From the NCBI GenBank assembly GCA_044229975.1, contig JBGARZ010000003.1, positions 416,001 through 480,000 on the forward strand: a DNA stretch of 64,000 nt. The letters are read 5' to 3'. This DNA comes from Polyangiales bacterium. GTDB lineage: Bacteria > Myxococcota_A > Polyangia > Polyangiales > Ga0077539. The position numbers and the translations under genes were made by a program. The notes under the pieces were generated by a model. It saw nothing but the letters and a program-made list of their open reading frames with translations. It did not search any database and was not told where the DNA came from. Shown here in pieces: positions 11,214 through 21,036 of the stretch; the first letter of the stretch is position 1, and each line of letters starts with the position of its first letter.

Positions 11214-12527
11214 TCAGTCGTAATATTCGAGGCCGAGGTGGGTGATGAGCTCTTCGCCCTTCATCCAGCGCAGGGTGTTCTTGAGCTTCATGAGCTGGAT
11301 GAACAGGTCGTGCTCGGGGTACAGGCCCGGCGCCGTCATGGGGCTCTTGAAGTAGAAGCTGAGCCACTCCTGGATGCCCGCCATCCCGGCTCGCTGCGCG
11401 AGGTCGAGGAAGAGCGCGAGGTCGAGGACGATGGGCGCCGCGAGGATGGAGTCGCGGCAGAGGAAGTCGATCTTGATCTGCATCGGATAGTTGAGCCATC
11501 CGAAGATATCGATGTTGTCCCAGCCCTCTTTGTTGTCCCCACGCGGCGGGTAGTAGTTGATGCGAACGACGTGGGAGTAGTGCCCGTAGAGCTTCGGGTA
11601 GAGGTGCGGCTGGAAGATGTGCTCCAGCACCCCGAGCTTGGAGACCTCCTTGGACTTGAAGCTCTCCGGATCATCGAGAACCTCGCCGTCGCGGTTGCCC
11701 AGGATGTTGGTGCTGTACCAACCATCGAGCCCGAGCAGGCGCGCCTTGAGGCCCGGCGCCAGGATGGTCTTCATCCACGTCTGGCCGGTCTTGAAGTCCT
11801 TGCCCGCGATGGGCGTCCCCTCGCGGCGCGCGAGCTCGTGCAGCGCCGGGAAGTCGAGCGAGAGGTTGGGCGCGCCGTTGGCGTACGGCACCCCCGAGCG
11901 GATGCACGCGTACGCGTAGATCGCTGACGGCGCGATGTCGTCGGAGCTGTCGCGCAGGCCCTGCTCGAAGGCTTCGAGCGTCGCGTGGACGGCCGTCGGC
12001 GGGCGCCAGGTCTCGGTGGAGCCGCACCAGATGGCGACGCAGCGGTCGACGCCGCGCTCGGCCTTGAAGGTGGCGATGTCCTCCATGAGCTGCTCGGCGA
12101 GGTGCATCTTGGAGGTGCCGGTCTTCACGTGCGGACCATCGAGCCGCTTCACGTAGCCGGGGTCGAAGACGGCCTTCATCGGGCGCACCGTCTCCAGGAA
12201 GTCCTTGACCGCCGAGAGGTGCTCCTTGGAGAGCACGCCGGCCTTCGAGGCGGCGGTGTACGCGTCGTCGGGGAAGAGGTCCCACGCGCCGAACTCGATG
12301 CTGTCGAGCGGCGCGAGCGGAACGAAGTCCGCGATGCGCGGAGACGTCCCATCGGTGCGCTTGCCCAGGCGGATGGTGCCCAGCTGGGTGAGCGATCCGA
12401 CGGGCTCGGCGGCGCCCCGGCGGATGAGCTCCACGCCCGCGATGAACGTGGTGGCAACGGCGCCGAGGCCGGGGAGGAGGATCCCGAGGCGGCCGCGGAC
12501 TGGTCGGACTTCAGACGGGTTCTTCAT
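11214..12527 (-). CDS. ino1: myo-inositol-1-phosphate synthase
   Basis: GLGAVATT, GKDFKTGQT, NILGNRDG, GDNKEGWD, DSILAAP, SFYFKSP. Confidence 0.95.
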   Translation of the reverse strand: MKNPSEVRPVRGRLGILLPGLGAVATTFIAGVELIRRGAAEPVGSLTQLGTIRLGKRTDGTSPRIADFVPLAPLDSIEFGAWDLFPDDAYTAASKAGVLSKEHLSAVKDFLETVRPMKAVFDPGYVKRLDGPHVKTGTSKMHLAEQLMEDIATFKAERGVDRCVAIWCGSTETWRPPTAVHATLEAFEQGLRDSSDDIAPSAIYAYACIRSGVPYANGAPNLSLDFPALHELARREGTPIAGKDFKTGQTWMKTILAPGLKARLLGLDGWYSTNILGNRDGEVLDDPESFKSKEVSKLGVLEHIFQPHLYPKLYGHYSHVVRINYYPPRGDNKEGWDNIDIFGWLNYPMQIKIDFLCRDSILAAPIVLDLALFLDLAQRAGMAGIQEWLSFYFKSPMTAPGLYPEHDLFIQLMKLKNTLRWMKGEELITHLGLEYYD

Positions 12528-12564
12528 GCGAGGGCGCGGACCCTAACAGACGCGCCCCAGCGCC

Positions 12565-13812
12565 TCAACGCGACTCTGGTGACACCGCAGCTTCGCGCGG
12601 AAGCCGCATCCACAGCGGAATCGCCAGCGCCGCGGGGATGGCCGCCGCCAGGCTCCAGCCGTGCAACCACCCACGACCGATGAGCACGCCCGACAGCAGC
12701 GGACCGATGATCTGCGCGAGCGAGGTCATGGACTGCGTGAGGCCGAGCACCACGCCCTGCTCTTCGCGGTTGCAACGCTGCGTGATCATCGCCGTCAACG
12801 GCGCACGGAGGGTGCTCGACCCGACCGCGGAGATCGCGGCGCTCACCAGCACCGTCGAGAGGCCGGTGGCCTGACCCAGCACGAGGTAGGAGGTTCCTGC
12901 GGCGACGAAGCCGAGGCCCACCAGGCGGCGCTCGCCGAAGCGCTTCACCGCCCGGCCGATGAGCCCACCCTGGAGGAAGATGCCGAGCAGCCCCGAGAAC
13001 GCCAGCACATAGCCGACCTCGCGCGGTCCCCACGGCAGGCCCGCCGCGGTGCGCAGGCGGCGCTCGGCGAAGAGGGCGAAGCCCGAGGTGAAGAGCGCAA
13101 ACGAGAGCGCGAAGCAGAAGAAGAGCGCCAGCAGCAGGCCCAGCGTCGGATGGCGGAAGTAGCGCGTGTAGCCCGACCACGAGAGCACGCTCAAGCGACG
13201 ACCCGCGGGCGGTGCGGGCGCATCCGCCGCGGCGGTGGCGGGGAGATCGGTGGCGGCAGCGCGTTGTGCAATCGTGGGGTCGCGCAGGAGCAGGGCGGTG
13301 GCGGCGACGCTGGTGGCCGAGAGCGCGGCGGCGGCGTAGATGGGCCAGCGGTGGTCGTAGTGGGCGAGCCACCCGGACACGGCGGGGCCGACGAGGAAGC
13401 CGAGACCGAACGAGACGCCGATGACGGCGAAGGCGCGGGCGCGCTGCGAGGGGGCGGTGACGTCGGTGATGTACGCCTGGGCGATGGTGAGGTTGCCCGC
13501 CGTGGCGCCGTCGATGACCCGCGACGCGAACACCATCCACAACACATCGGCGCGGGCGAGGAGGATGAAGCCGAGGAAGGTTCCGACCTGGGAGACGAGG
13601 AGCAGCGGGCGGCGGCCGAAGCGGTCGGAGAGCCCGCCGAGGATGGGACCCGAGACGAGCTGACACGCGGCGAAGGTGGCGCCGAGCAGGCCCACCACCA
13701 TGGGCGAGGCGCCGAAGCGCTCGGCGTAGAAGGGCAGCAGCGGGAGGATGAGCGTCAGGCCGAGGATGTCGACGAGGACGACGAGGAAGATCGGCAGCAG
13801 GGCGGAGGGCAT
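12565..13812 (-). CDS. MFS transporter (TetA/DHA1-like)
   Basis: Motif A GGLSDRFGRRP, about 12 TM segments, AYITD, GFLVGPA. Confidence 0.9.
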   Translation of the reverse strand: MPSALLPIFLVVLVDILGLTLILPLLPFYAERFGASPMVVGLLGATFAACQLVSGPILGGLSDRFGRRPLLLVSQVGTFLGFILLARADVLWMVFASRVIDGATAGNLTIAQAYITDVTAPSQRARAFAVIGVSFGLGFLVGPAVSGWLAHYDHRWPIYAAAALSATSVAATALLLRDPTIAQRAAATDLPATAAADAPAPPAGRRLSVLSWSGYTRYFRHPTLGLLLALFFCFALSFALFTSGFALFAERRLRTAAGLPWGPREVGYVLAFSGLLGIFLQGGLIGRAVKRFGERRLVGLGFVAAGTSYLVLGQATGLSTVLVSAAISAVGSSTLRAPLTAMITQRCNREEQGVVLGLTQSMTSLAQIIGPLLSGVLIGRGWLHGWSLAAAIPAALAIPLWMRLPREAAVSPESR

Positions 13813-13919
13813 CGGCGGGGGTGACGCGTCGGATGCACCCGATGGGGCGTCGGGCGCAAGGGAAGGACGAGGGGTTCACGCTGCTCGCGCGGTCGTGGTA
13901 ACGCTCGCGGCCGCCCGCC

Positions 13920-14849
13920 ATGGCCGACCTCAGCTTTCGCGCGACGATCAAGCCGGTGGAGGTCGAGGAGCTCATCGACCTCTTCTTCCATCGGCCCATC
14001 GCGCACCTCATCGCCCGCGCCGCCTACCCCACGGCCGTCACGCCCGACCAGCTCACCATCGTGTCGATGTTCGTCGGCATCGCGTCGGGCTGGTGCACCT
14101 GGTCGTCGCTCTCACGCGGCCCGTCCTGGCTCGCCGCGGGCGGCGCGCTGCTCATCGCCTCGGCCATCGTCGATTGCTCCGACGGGCAGCTCGCCCGCAT
14201 GCGCCAGTCGAGCTCGCGCTTCGGCCGCATGCTCGACGGGCTCGTCGACGCCATCGTGCAGCTCGCGGTGCTCCCGGCCGTCGTCGCCCACGTCTGGGTG
14301 ACCCACCGCGCCGACCACACCACCGCCCTCGCGTGGGTGCTCCTCACCGTGGTCGCCATCGTGACGGGCTCGATACACACCACCCTCTACGACCACTTCA
14401 AGAACGTCTATCTCGTCCACACCCAGCTCACGCGCCGCGAGGGCAATGACGACCCCGAGGAGGTCGAGGCCGCCTACGCCGGGCTCCAGTCCAACGGGCT
14501 GCGCCTCTACGACGCCATCCGCTTCTTCCTCTACCGGCGGTACGTCCCGCAGCAGCGCGCCCTGCTCGGTTGGGTCGACCCCTCCATCCCCGCCCGCTTC
14601 AGCGCCATGCCGCTGTACTCCATCGAGCGCGCGGCCCGCTACCGGCTCCTGCACCGCGGCGTCATGCGCGCCTGGAGCTTCTACGGCATCGGGACCCACA
14701 TCTTCGGCCTCGGCGTCGCCATGATGACCGACCACGTCACGGCCTACGTCGTCGCCCGCGCGGTGGGCTTCAACCTCGCGCTGCTCGTCCTCATCCCCAC
14801 GCAGCGCCGCGCCTCGAAGACCTTCTTCACCACCGAGTCCATGTCGTGA
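13920..14849 (+). CDS. CDP-alcohol phosphatidyltransferase
   Basis: TPDQLT and the signature DCSDGQLAR...GRMLDGLVD. Confidence 0.92.
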   Translation: MADLSFRATIKPVEVEELIDLFFHRPIAHLIARAAYPTAVTPDQLTIVSMFVGIASGWCTWSSLSRGPSWLAAGGALLIASAIVDCSDGQLARMRQSSSRFGRMLDGLVDAIVQLAVLPAVVAHVWVTHRADHTTALAWVLLTVVAIVTGSIHTTLYDHFKNVYLVHTQLTRREGNDDPEEVEAAYAGLQSNGLRLYDAIRFFLYRRYVPQQRALLGWVDPSIPARFSAMPLYSIERAARYRLLHRGVMRAWSFYGIGTHIFGLGVAMMTDHVTAYVVARAVGFNLALLVLIPTQRRASKTFFTTESMS

Positions 14850-15568
14850 CCACCGCCATCCTCCTCGTCGCGGGCGTCGGCAGCCGGCTCCGTCCGCTCA
14901 CCGATGCGCGCCCCAAGTGTCTCGTTCCGCTCGGGGAGGAGACCATCCTGGCGCGACAGGTGAGGCTGCTCGCCGCCGCGGGCGTCACCCAACTCGTGCT
15001 GTCCACCGGCTTCGCCGCCGAGGCCGTGCACGCCGCGCTCGCCGACTGCGCCCTCCCCTGCACCTTCGCCCACAACCCCGACTACGCCTCCACCCAGAAC
15101 ATCGTCTCCCTCCACCGCGCCCTCGCCGTCGCCCCGCCGGGTGACGTGGTGAAGCTCGATGGCGACGTGGTGTTCACCGACGCGCTCCTGCCGAGGGTGT
15201 TGCGACGGAGCGACAGCGCCGTGGTGGCCGTCGACGATCGGCAGCCGGTGCGCGACGAGGCGATGAAGGTGCGCGCCGTCGAGGGCGTCGCCGAGCGCTT
15301 CGGCAAGGGCATCCCGGTGGCCGAGGCGATGGGGGAGTCCATCGGGGTGGAGTGGTTCGGGGCCGAGGCGCGCGCGGTGCTCACCGACGTGGTGGCCGCG
15401 GCCGTGGCGGGCGGGCGCACGGACCTCTATTACGAAGACGTGTACGCCGAGGTCATCGGGCGGGGAGTGCGGATGGCCTGCGCCGGGGTGGGCGACCTGC
15501 CCTGGACGGAGGTCGACGACCGGGAAGACCTCGCCCGCGCCGAGGCCCTGGTGCGCGCCGCAGGTTGA
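14846..15568 (+). CDS. Phosphocholine/sugar-phosphate cytidylyltransferase (LicC-like NTP transferase)
   Basis: GTG overlapping the upstream TGA; ILLVAGVGSRL..PKCL, DGDV, EAMKV, GESIG, YYED, WTEVD. Confidence 0.88.
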   Translation: MTTAILLVAGVGSRLRPLTDARPKCLVPLGEETILARQVRLLAAAGVTQLVLSTGFAAEAVHAALADCALPCTFAHNPDYASTQNIVSLHRALAVAPPGDVVKLDGDVVFTDALLPRVLRRSDSAVVAVDDRQPVRDEAMKVRAVEGVAERFGKGIPVAEAMGESIGVEWFGAEARAVLTDVVAAAVAGGRTDLYYEDVYAEVIGRGVRMACAGVGDLPWTEVDDREDLARAEALVRAAG

Positions 15569-15688
15569 TTGCGACGCGAAGGCCGACCGTGTTAGAGCCG
15601 CGCGGTTGATGCGGTTCGGCCACCACGGCCGCCCCGCTTGCGTTGAAGCGCGGCGAAAGACCGGTGGTTTCGTGAGGCGTGTGAATCC

Positions 15689-17617
15689 ATGAGCGGGGCG
15701 GCGAAGCGTCGGGTCGAGCGGGCCATCATCCTCGCGGCGGGTCGCGGGTCGCGGCTCGATCGTGGGGATGCGCTGCCGAAGCCCTTGCGCCCGATCGCGG
15801 GCGTTCCGCTCATCGGGCGCATCCTGCGCACGCTCGCCTCGGAGGGCATCCGCGAGGCGGTGGTGGTCGTCGGCTACGAGGGCGACCGCATCCAGGCCGC
15901 CCTCACCGACGAGGCGCTGCACGCCGGGGTGACCGTTCACTTCGTGCAAAACGACCGGTGGGAGCGCTCCAACGGGCTGTCGCTCCTCGCCGCGCGCGAG
16001 TGGCTCGACCGCGAGTGCCTGCTGACCATGGCCGACCACCTCGTCGCCCCGGCGCTCCTGCGGCGCCTCGTGCGCGCGGAGATTCCGGCCGGGGCCTGTG
16101 CGCTGGGCGTGGACTTCGACATCGAGCGCTGCTTCGACCTCGACGACGCCACCAAGGTGCTGGTCGAGGCGGGTCGCATCGGCGCCATCAGCAAGGAGCT
16201 CGACGCCTTCAACGCCATCGACACGGGCATCTTCCGGGTCAACGGCGCGCTGGCCGACGCGCTCGAAGAGGTCCACGCGCAGCGGGGCGACGCGTCGTTG
16301 TCGGAGGGCGTCCGCGCGCTCGCGGCGGCGGGGCGCTTCGTGGCGGTGGACGTCGGCGACGCCCGCTGGATCGACGTCGACACCCCCGAGGCCCAGGCCC
16401 GCGCCGAGGCGATGCTGCGGGTGTTTGGCGACGGCCTCGACGACGCTGACGGCGACCATGTGCCCGAGCACCCCATCGAGCCCGAGGCGATGGAGATGTT
16501 CGCGCCCTCGTGGGTGCGCGGCGCTGCGCCGTACCGCGAGGACCACTTTGCGCTGGCCGATCAGGAGGCGCGCAACGGCAACGACGAATTCGCGCGGCTG
16601 ATGTCCAACGAGAGCCCCTTTCCCCCGTCGGCCCGCGTGGTCGAGGCGGTGGTGAAGGCGCTCACCCGCGGGCACCGCTACCCCGACGCGTCGATGACCC
16701 GCGAGCTGCGGTCGCGGCTGGCGGCGAGCGTCGGCCTCGACGGCGACTGCTGCGTGCTGGGCGCCGGGTCGAGCGAGATCATCGACCTGCTGGTGCGCGC
16801 CTTCGTGGCGCCCGGCGAGGAGGTCGTCATCGCGGTGCCGACGTTCTCGATGTACGAGGCGCGCACGCGGCTGGCGGGTGGTGTGCCCATCCTGGTGCCG
16901 ATGCGCGATGACCTGGAGCTCGACGCGTCGGCCGTGATGCGCGCGGTGACCGAGCGCACGAAGCTGGTGTTTCTCTGCTCGCCCAACAATCCGACGGGGC
17001 GGCGGCTCGACGAGGGCACCCTGCGACGGGTGCTGCGGCCGGGCATCCCGGTGGTGGTCGACGAGGCGTACGTGGAGTTCAGCGACGAGAACCACTCCGT
17101 CGCGGGGATGATCGCGTCGACGCCCAACCTCATCGTGGCGCGCACCTTCTCGAAGGCCTACGGGCTCGCCGGACTCCGCGTCGGCTACGCGCTCTCGTGC
17201 GCTCCGGTCGCGCGGCTCCTGAGCCGGGTGAAGCTCCCCTGGAACGTCTCCACCGTGGCGTTGGCCGCGGCGCTGGCGGCGCTCGACGACGCGGCGGAGT
17301 ACGACCGCCAGCGAGCGCTGCTGCGCGAAGAGCGCGCGGTGCTGCGGCGTGAGCTGGGCGCGCTGCCGGGCGTGTCGGCCTTCGATGGGGACGGCAACTT
17401 CCTGCTGCTGGACATCCACGACACCGGGTGGAGCGCCGAGGCGCTGGTGCAGTCGCTGCTCGCGGACGGGGTGTTCATCCGGGGCTTGGCGAGCCACCAC
17501 CTGCGGCGCGGCTGGGTGCGCGTCTCGGTGGGCGCGCCCGACGCCAACCGGCGCTGCATCGAGTCGCTGCGCAAGGCGCTCACGCGCGGTCGCGGTGTGC
17601 GGCCGGCGGTGCACTGA
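15689..17617 (+). CDS. Fusion: IPCT-like cytidylyltransferase + HisC/CobD-like PLP-dependent enzyme
   Basis: N-half ILAAGRGSRL, MADHLV, DDATKV, DTGIF, WIDVDTP; C-half SNESP, YPD, GSSEII, CSPNNPTG, DEAY, RTFSKAYGLAGLRVGY; one continuous 642-aa ORF. Confidence 0.85.
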   Translation: MSGAAKRRVERAIILAAGRGSRLDRGDALPKPLRPIAGVPLIGRILRTLASEGIREAVVVVGYEGDRIQAALTDEALHAGVTVHFVQNDRWERSNGLSLLAAREWLDRECLLTMADHLVAPALLRRLVRAEIPAGACALGVDFDIERCFDLDDATKVLVEAGRIGAISKELDAFNAIDTGIFRVNGALADALEEVHAQRGDASLSEGVRALAAAGRFVAVDVGDARWIDVDTPEAQARAEAMLRVFGDGLDDADGDHVPEHPIEPEAMEMFAPSWVRGAAPYREDHFALADQEARNGNDEFARLMSNESPFPPSARVVEAVVKALTRGHRYPDASMTRELRSRLAASVGLDGDCCVLGAGSSEIIDLLVRAFVAPGEEVVIAVPTFSMYEARTRLAGGVPILVPMRDDLELDASAVMRAVTERTKLVFLCSPNNPTGRRLDEGTLRRVLRPGIPVVVDEAYVEFSDENHSVAGMIASTPNLIVARTFSKAYGLAGLRVGYALSCAPVARLLSRVKLPWNVSTVALAAALAALDDAAEYDRQRALLREERAVLRRELGALPGVSAFDGDGNFLLLDIHDTGWSAEALVQSLLADGVFIRGLASHHLRRGWVRVSVGAPDANRRCIESLRKALTRGRGVRPAVH

Positions 17618-17820
17618 TCGGGCGGGGGCGCAAGCGCCTACAGCTTCGCCGCGGCTCCTCCCGCAACCCTTGAGCGGCGCCTCCTCCATCACGCACACCA
17701 GGCGCGGTGACAGCGTGAACCACCACCTTGCGGTCACGTCGCTCCGCCGCCAGGGCGATCCCTGTCGGGTGGGTCACGATTCCGCCGCCGCCCGCACGCC
17801 ACGGGCACGGCGGCCGACGA

Positions 17821-18886
17821 GGGTCGATCCCCGCGTGTGCGGGGGAGCCAGCGAGTCCGGCTTGATGAGGATGGCCATGGTGGGTCGATCCCCGCGTGTG
17901 CGGGGGAGCCTCGACGAAGCCGAGGGGGTTCTCGTTGGTGGCGGGTCGATCCCCGCGTGTGCGGGGGAGCCATGCTCGAGCGGGTCAGCGCGTACCACGC
18001 GTCGGGTCGATCCCCGCGTGTGCGGGGGAGCCCGCACCCTTCCTACCGGCGGAGTCCGAGCCGCGGGTCGATCCCCGCGTGTGCGGGGGAGCCAGAGATT
18101 CTTCGCGGCGCCCTCAAGCTCGAAAGGGTCGATCCCCGCGTGTGCGGGGGAGCCCGGTCGCGTGAGCGGTCCCGGCCCCGGATGACGGGTCGATCCCCGC
18201 GTGTGCGGGGGAGCCCCGAGTCGCGGCGACGATCAGCCCCTCGACGAGGGTCGATCCCCGCGTGTGCGGGGGAGCCTTGTTGGAGCGTCAGCGAGCGAGT
18301 CATGCCGTGGGTCGATCCCCGCGTGTGCGGGGGAGCCAACTCGCCGAGCTGCGCCACCGTCCAGGTGCGGGGTCGATCCCCGCGTGTGCGGGGGAGCCCA
18401 GCCGAGCCTCGACGTGCGGCCCTGCGCCTCGGGTCGATCCCCGCGTGTGCGGGGGAGCCGTGCCCCACCGCGCGTACGACCACTCGTACCAGGGTCGATC
18501 CCCGCGTGTGCGGGGGAGCCCCGCGCCACGGCAACAAGAAGCAGAATCTCTGGGGTCGATCCCCGCGTGTGCGGGGGAGCCGTGCCCTGATCGACGCCGA
18601 CGAGGCGCGCGATGGGTCGATCCCCGCGTGTGCGGGGGAGCCACGGTGCGGAAGTCGAGCGTCTCCCCGCCCTTGGGTCGATCCCCGCGTGTGCGGGGGA
18701 GCCGCTCGCTGAAGCCCGCGATGGCAAAGGACTGCGGGTCGATCCCCGCGTGTGCGGGGGAGCCATCGACTTCGGGAACATCCCCGGCATCATCGCGGGT
18801 CGATCCCCGCGTGTGCGGGGGAGCCAGCCCACGTCGAGCGTCACAACCGCGGGTCTCGGGTCGATCCCCGCGTGTGCGGGGGAGCC
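17821..18886 (-). CRISPR. Type I-E CRISPR array, trailer-side part: 18 repeats, 17 spacers of 32 bp
   Basis: + strand repeat GGGTCGATCCCCGCGTGTGCGGGGGAGCC every 61 bp from 17821 to 18858; the minus-strand form GGCTCCCCCGCACACGCGGGGATCGACCC has the I-E CCCCGC/GCGGGG hairpin. Confidence 0.99.
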
Positions 18887-19062
18887 TACTTGCGCTTGTC
18901 AAACACCTACCAACAAGAAATGGCGGACGTCCGTTGGCGCGGCCTGGCGAGCGCCTTGGCGTGACCGGCTGACGCTCGGGCGCTCGTTGGTTTTGGCGTC
19001 GCAGCGATCGCCGTCGAGCCCGTCGCCGTCGGGGTCGCCCACGGTGTGCGGGCGCCTCGCCG

Positions 19063-20958
19063 TCAGTGCAGCGCCACGACCCGATCGACGATGAATCGCA
19101 CGGCGTCCGCCCGCTCGCGGGGCGTGATGCGAAACGTGGCGTGAATCCTCCGCGAGAGGTTCTCGGTCAGGCTGGCGTGTTGCGCCCGCGGCTGGGCGCG
19201 CACGGTGTCGATGAGGACGAGCAGCCAGAAGCGCCGGTCGAGCACCGCGTCGATCTCGCAGGCGCGGTCGGCGAAGGCCTTCAGGCGGTCCCCGACGACC
19301 GGGAGGATCTGCTCGATGCGCACACGCTCGGTCTGCAGCGACGCGAGCATGCGGTCGCGCTGGGCCATCCGCTCGCGGAGCAGCGCCTCGCAGATTCGTT
19401 GTCCCTCGTTCTGGGCGGCGAGGTTCCTGACGATGCCGAGCAGGTAGCGCGCGTCGGTGTCGGCAGCGATCGTTCCGGTGGCGCGCTTGCCCTCGAAGAT
19501 CGCGACGCCATCGACGATCGCGTCGAGCGGATAGCGCGCGAGGGCGATGCGGAGGCTGCGCTCCGGGTCGAGCAGCGCGAGCCGCTCGAAGGACCGATCG
19601 AGGTACGCGCGCACCTCGGGATCCTGCCGCGCCTCGAGCGTCTGTCGCGCGAGCTCCTGGCGGCGGCACCGCTCCGCGAGCGCCTTGCGCGCCTCGGCGA
19701 TCTGCTCCGGCGTCGGCGTCTCCCCGTGGATCGTGACGCGCGAGCGACCGTCGCGATCCTTGCGCGGACGATGATTGATCGTGCGGAAAAAGGTCGTGAG
19801 GACCAGCCGGAGGATCGATCGTGCGAGCGAGCGCGCGTCCTCTCCCTCGACGAGCAGCGGCGGCGCGGTCTGCTGGAAGAGCCCGAATCCACCTTCGATG
19901 TGCGCCTTGTTCTGCGGCCTCTCGGGGGTCGCGCGAATGCGCTCGGCACCATCGAGCGCACGATCCACCTCAGGCGCGTGGTTGCTCGGCTTGTTGTCCA
20001 GGAGCACCGCGAGCGGCAGCGGCGGCGCGGCGCTCGTCGTCGCCCTCGCGTCCGCCATCGCGAGGGCGACGGCTTCGCTGTCCTCCTGGTCGCCGAGCGA
20101 CGCGCCGACGAAGGCGCCGCTGTACGGATCGACCAGCAACTCGAGGTTGAAGACGTGGCGCGCGCCGGAGAGTTCGAGCGCAACCTGCGAGCCGTCGCCG
20201 ACCCACTGCGCGTCCGGGAAGAAGACCTCGAAGGCACCGCGCAGCGCACGCTCGTCGGGCGATCGTCCCTCGCGCCGAGCCGGCGTGCGAATCCCGCGCG
20301 CGGCGAGGATGGAGCTCACCAGCGTGGGGCCGTACGGGACGCGGCAGTCGGCTTTCAAGTACGCGCAGAAGTCCGAGAAGCCGCCGCGCCAGGTCTTCCA
20401 CTCCGCGAGCACGGTCTCGAGATGCGTGAGCCGCGTGGCGCTCGTGTCGTTCTCCACGTCGCGCACCGGCTCGTCGGGTGGCGCGGTGATCGCTCCGGCA
20501 CGCAGCCAGTCTTCGACGGTCTCCAGCGGCACCTCCACGGCCTCCGCGAAGCGTGCGAGAGGAAGATCCTCATGCGCGGCGTGCAGCTCCAGCACGCGGT
20601 GCCGGAAGGCATCGGTGTAGTGCCGCCGCCGGTCACCCCCGACGCACCCAGGATGCTCGAAGGTGAAGCGCAGCATCGCCCGCGAGATGGAGAGCAGCTC
20701 CTCGCACGGGCCGCCGCATGGTGCCGTCTCCGCGACCGCTGGGCGCCCCGCAGGGCGTTGCAACGACGGCAGCGAGGCCACGAGCGCGTCGCGCAACTCA
20801 TACGCCCGCGAGCGCGTGGCGCCGGTGGCCGCGAGGATCTCACCGACGGACGGGTGCGCGAGCGAGACCCGCCGAGCGTGCTCGGCGGACGCAAGAAGCA
20901 GGGCGGAGATCAGGAGCGGCGAGACGGACTCGCCGGACTCTGGTAGGTCGGAGCGCAC
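19063..20958 (-). CDS. Second DDE integrase-domain protein of the IS (631 aa, long helical C-terminus)
   Basis: RBS AAGGAG before GTG; HTH-like RHYTDAFR..VEVPLETVEDW; QWVGD, LLVD, LLDN-x32-E (NKAHIE). Confidence 0.8.
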   Translation of the reverse strand: MRSDLPESGESVSPLLISALLLASAEHARRVSLAHPSVGEILAATGATRSRAYELRDALVASLPSLQRPAGRPAVAETAPCGGPCEELLSISRAMLRFTFEHPGCVGGDRRRHYTDAFRHRVLELHAAHEDLPLARFAEAVEVPLETVEDWLRAGAITAPPDEPVRDVENDTSATRLTHLETVLAEWKTWRGGFSDFCAYLKADCRVPYGPTLVSSILAARGIRTPARREGRSPDERALRGAFEVFFPDAQWVGDGSQVALELSGARHVFNLELLVDPYSGAFVGASLGDQEDSEAVALAMADARATTSAAPPLPLAVLLDNKPSNHAPEVDRALDGAERIRATPERPQNKAHIEGGFGLFQQTAPPLLVEGEDARSLARSILRLVLTTFFRTINHRPRKDRDGRSRVTIHGETPTPEQIAEARKALAERCRRQELARQTLEARQDPEVRAYLDRSFERLALLDPERSLRIALARYPLDAIVDGVAIFEGKRATGTIAADTDARYLLGIVRNLAAQNEGQRICEALLRERMAQRDRMLASLQTERVRIEQILPVVGDRLKAFADRACEIDAVLDRRFWLLVLIDTVRAQPRAQHASLTENLSRRIHATFRITPRERADAVRFIVDRVVALH

Positions 20959-21036
20959 GGTCTCCTTGTCTGGGTGGTGCGTTGCGGTGTCTGGAAACTT
21001 CGCAATACACGACCAGGGCGGGAGACCGCTTTCCTT

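Noticed and set aside
17753..17788. Possible degenerate terminal repeat (minus strand ..CCCACCCGACAGGGATCGCCC)
   Set aside because: Only the last ~10 nt resemble the repeat and it is out of the 61-bp register; too weak to count
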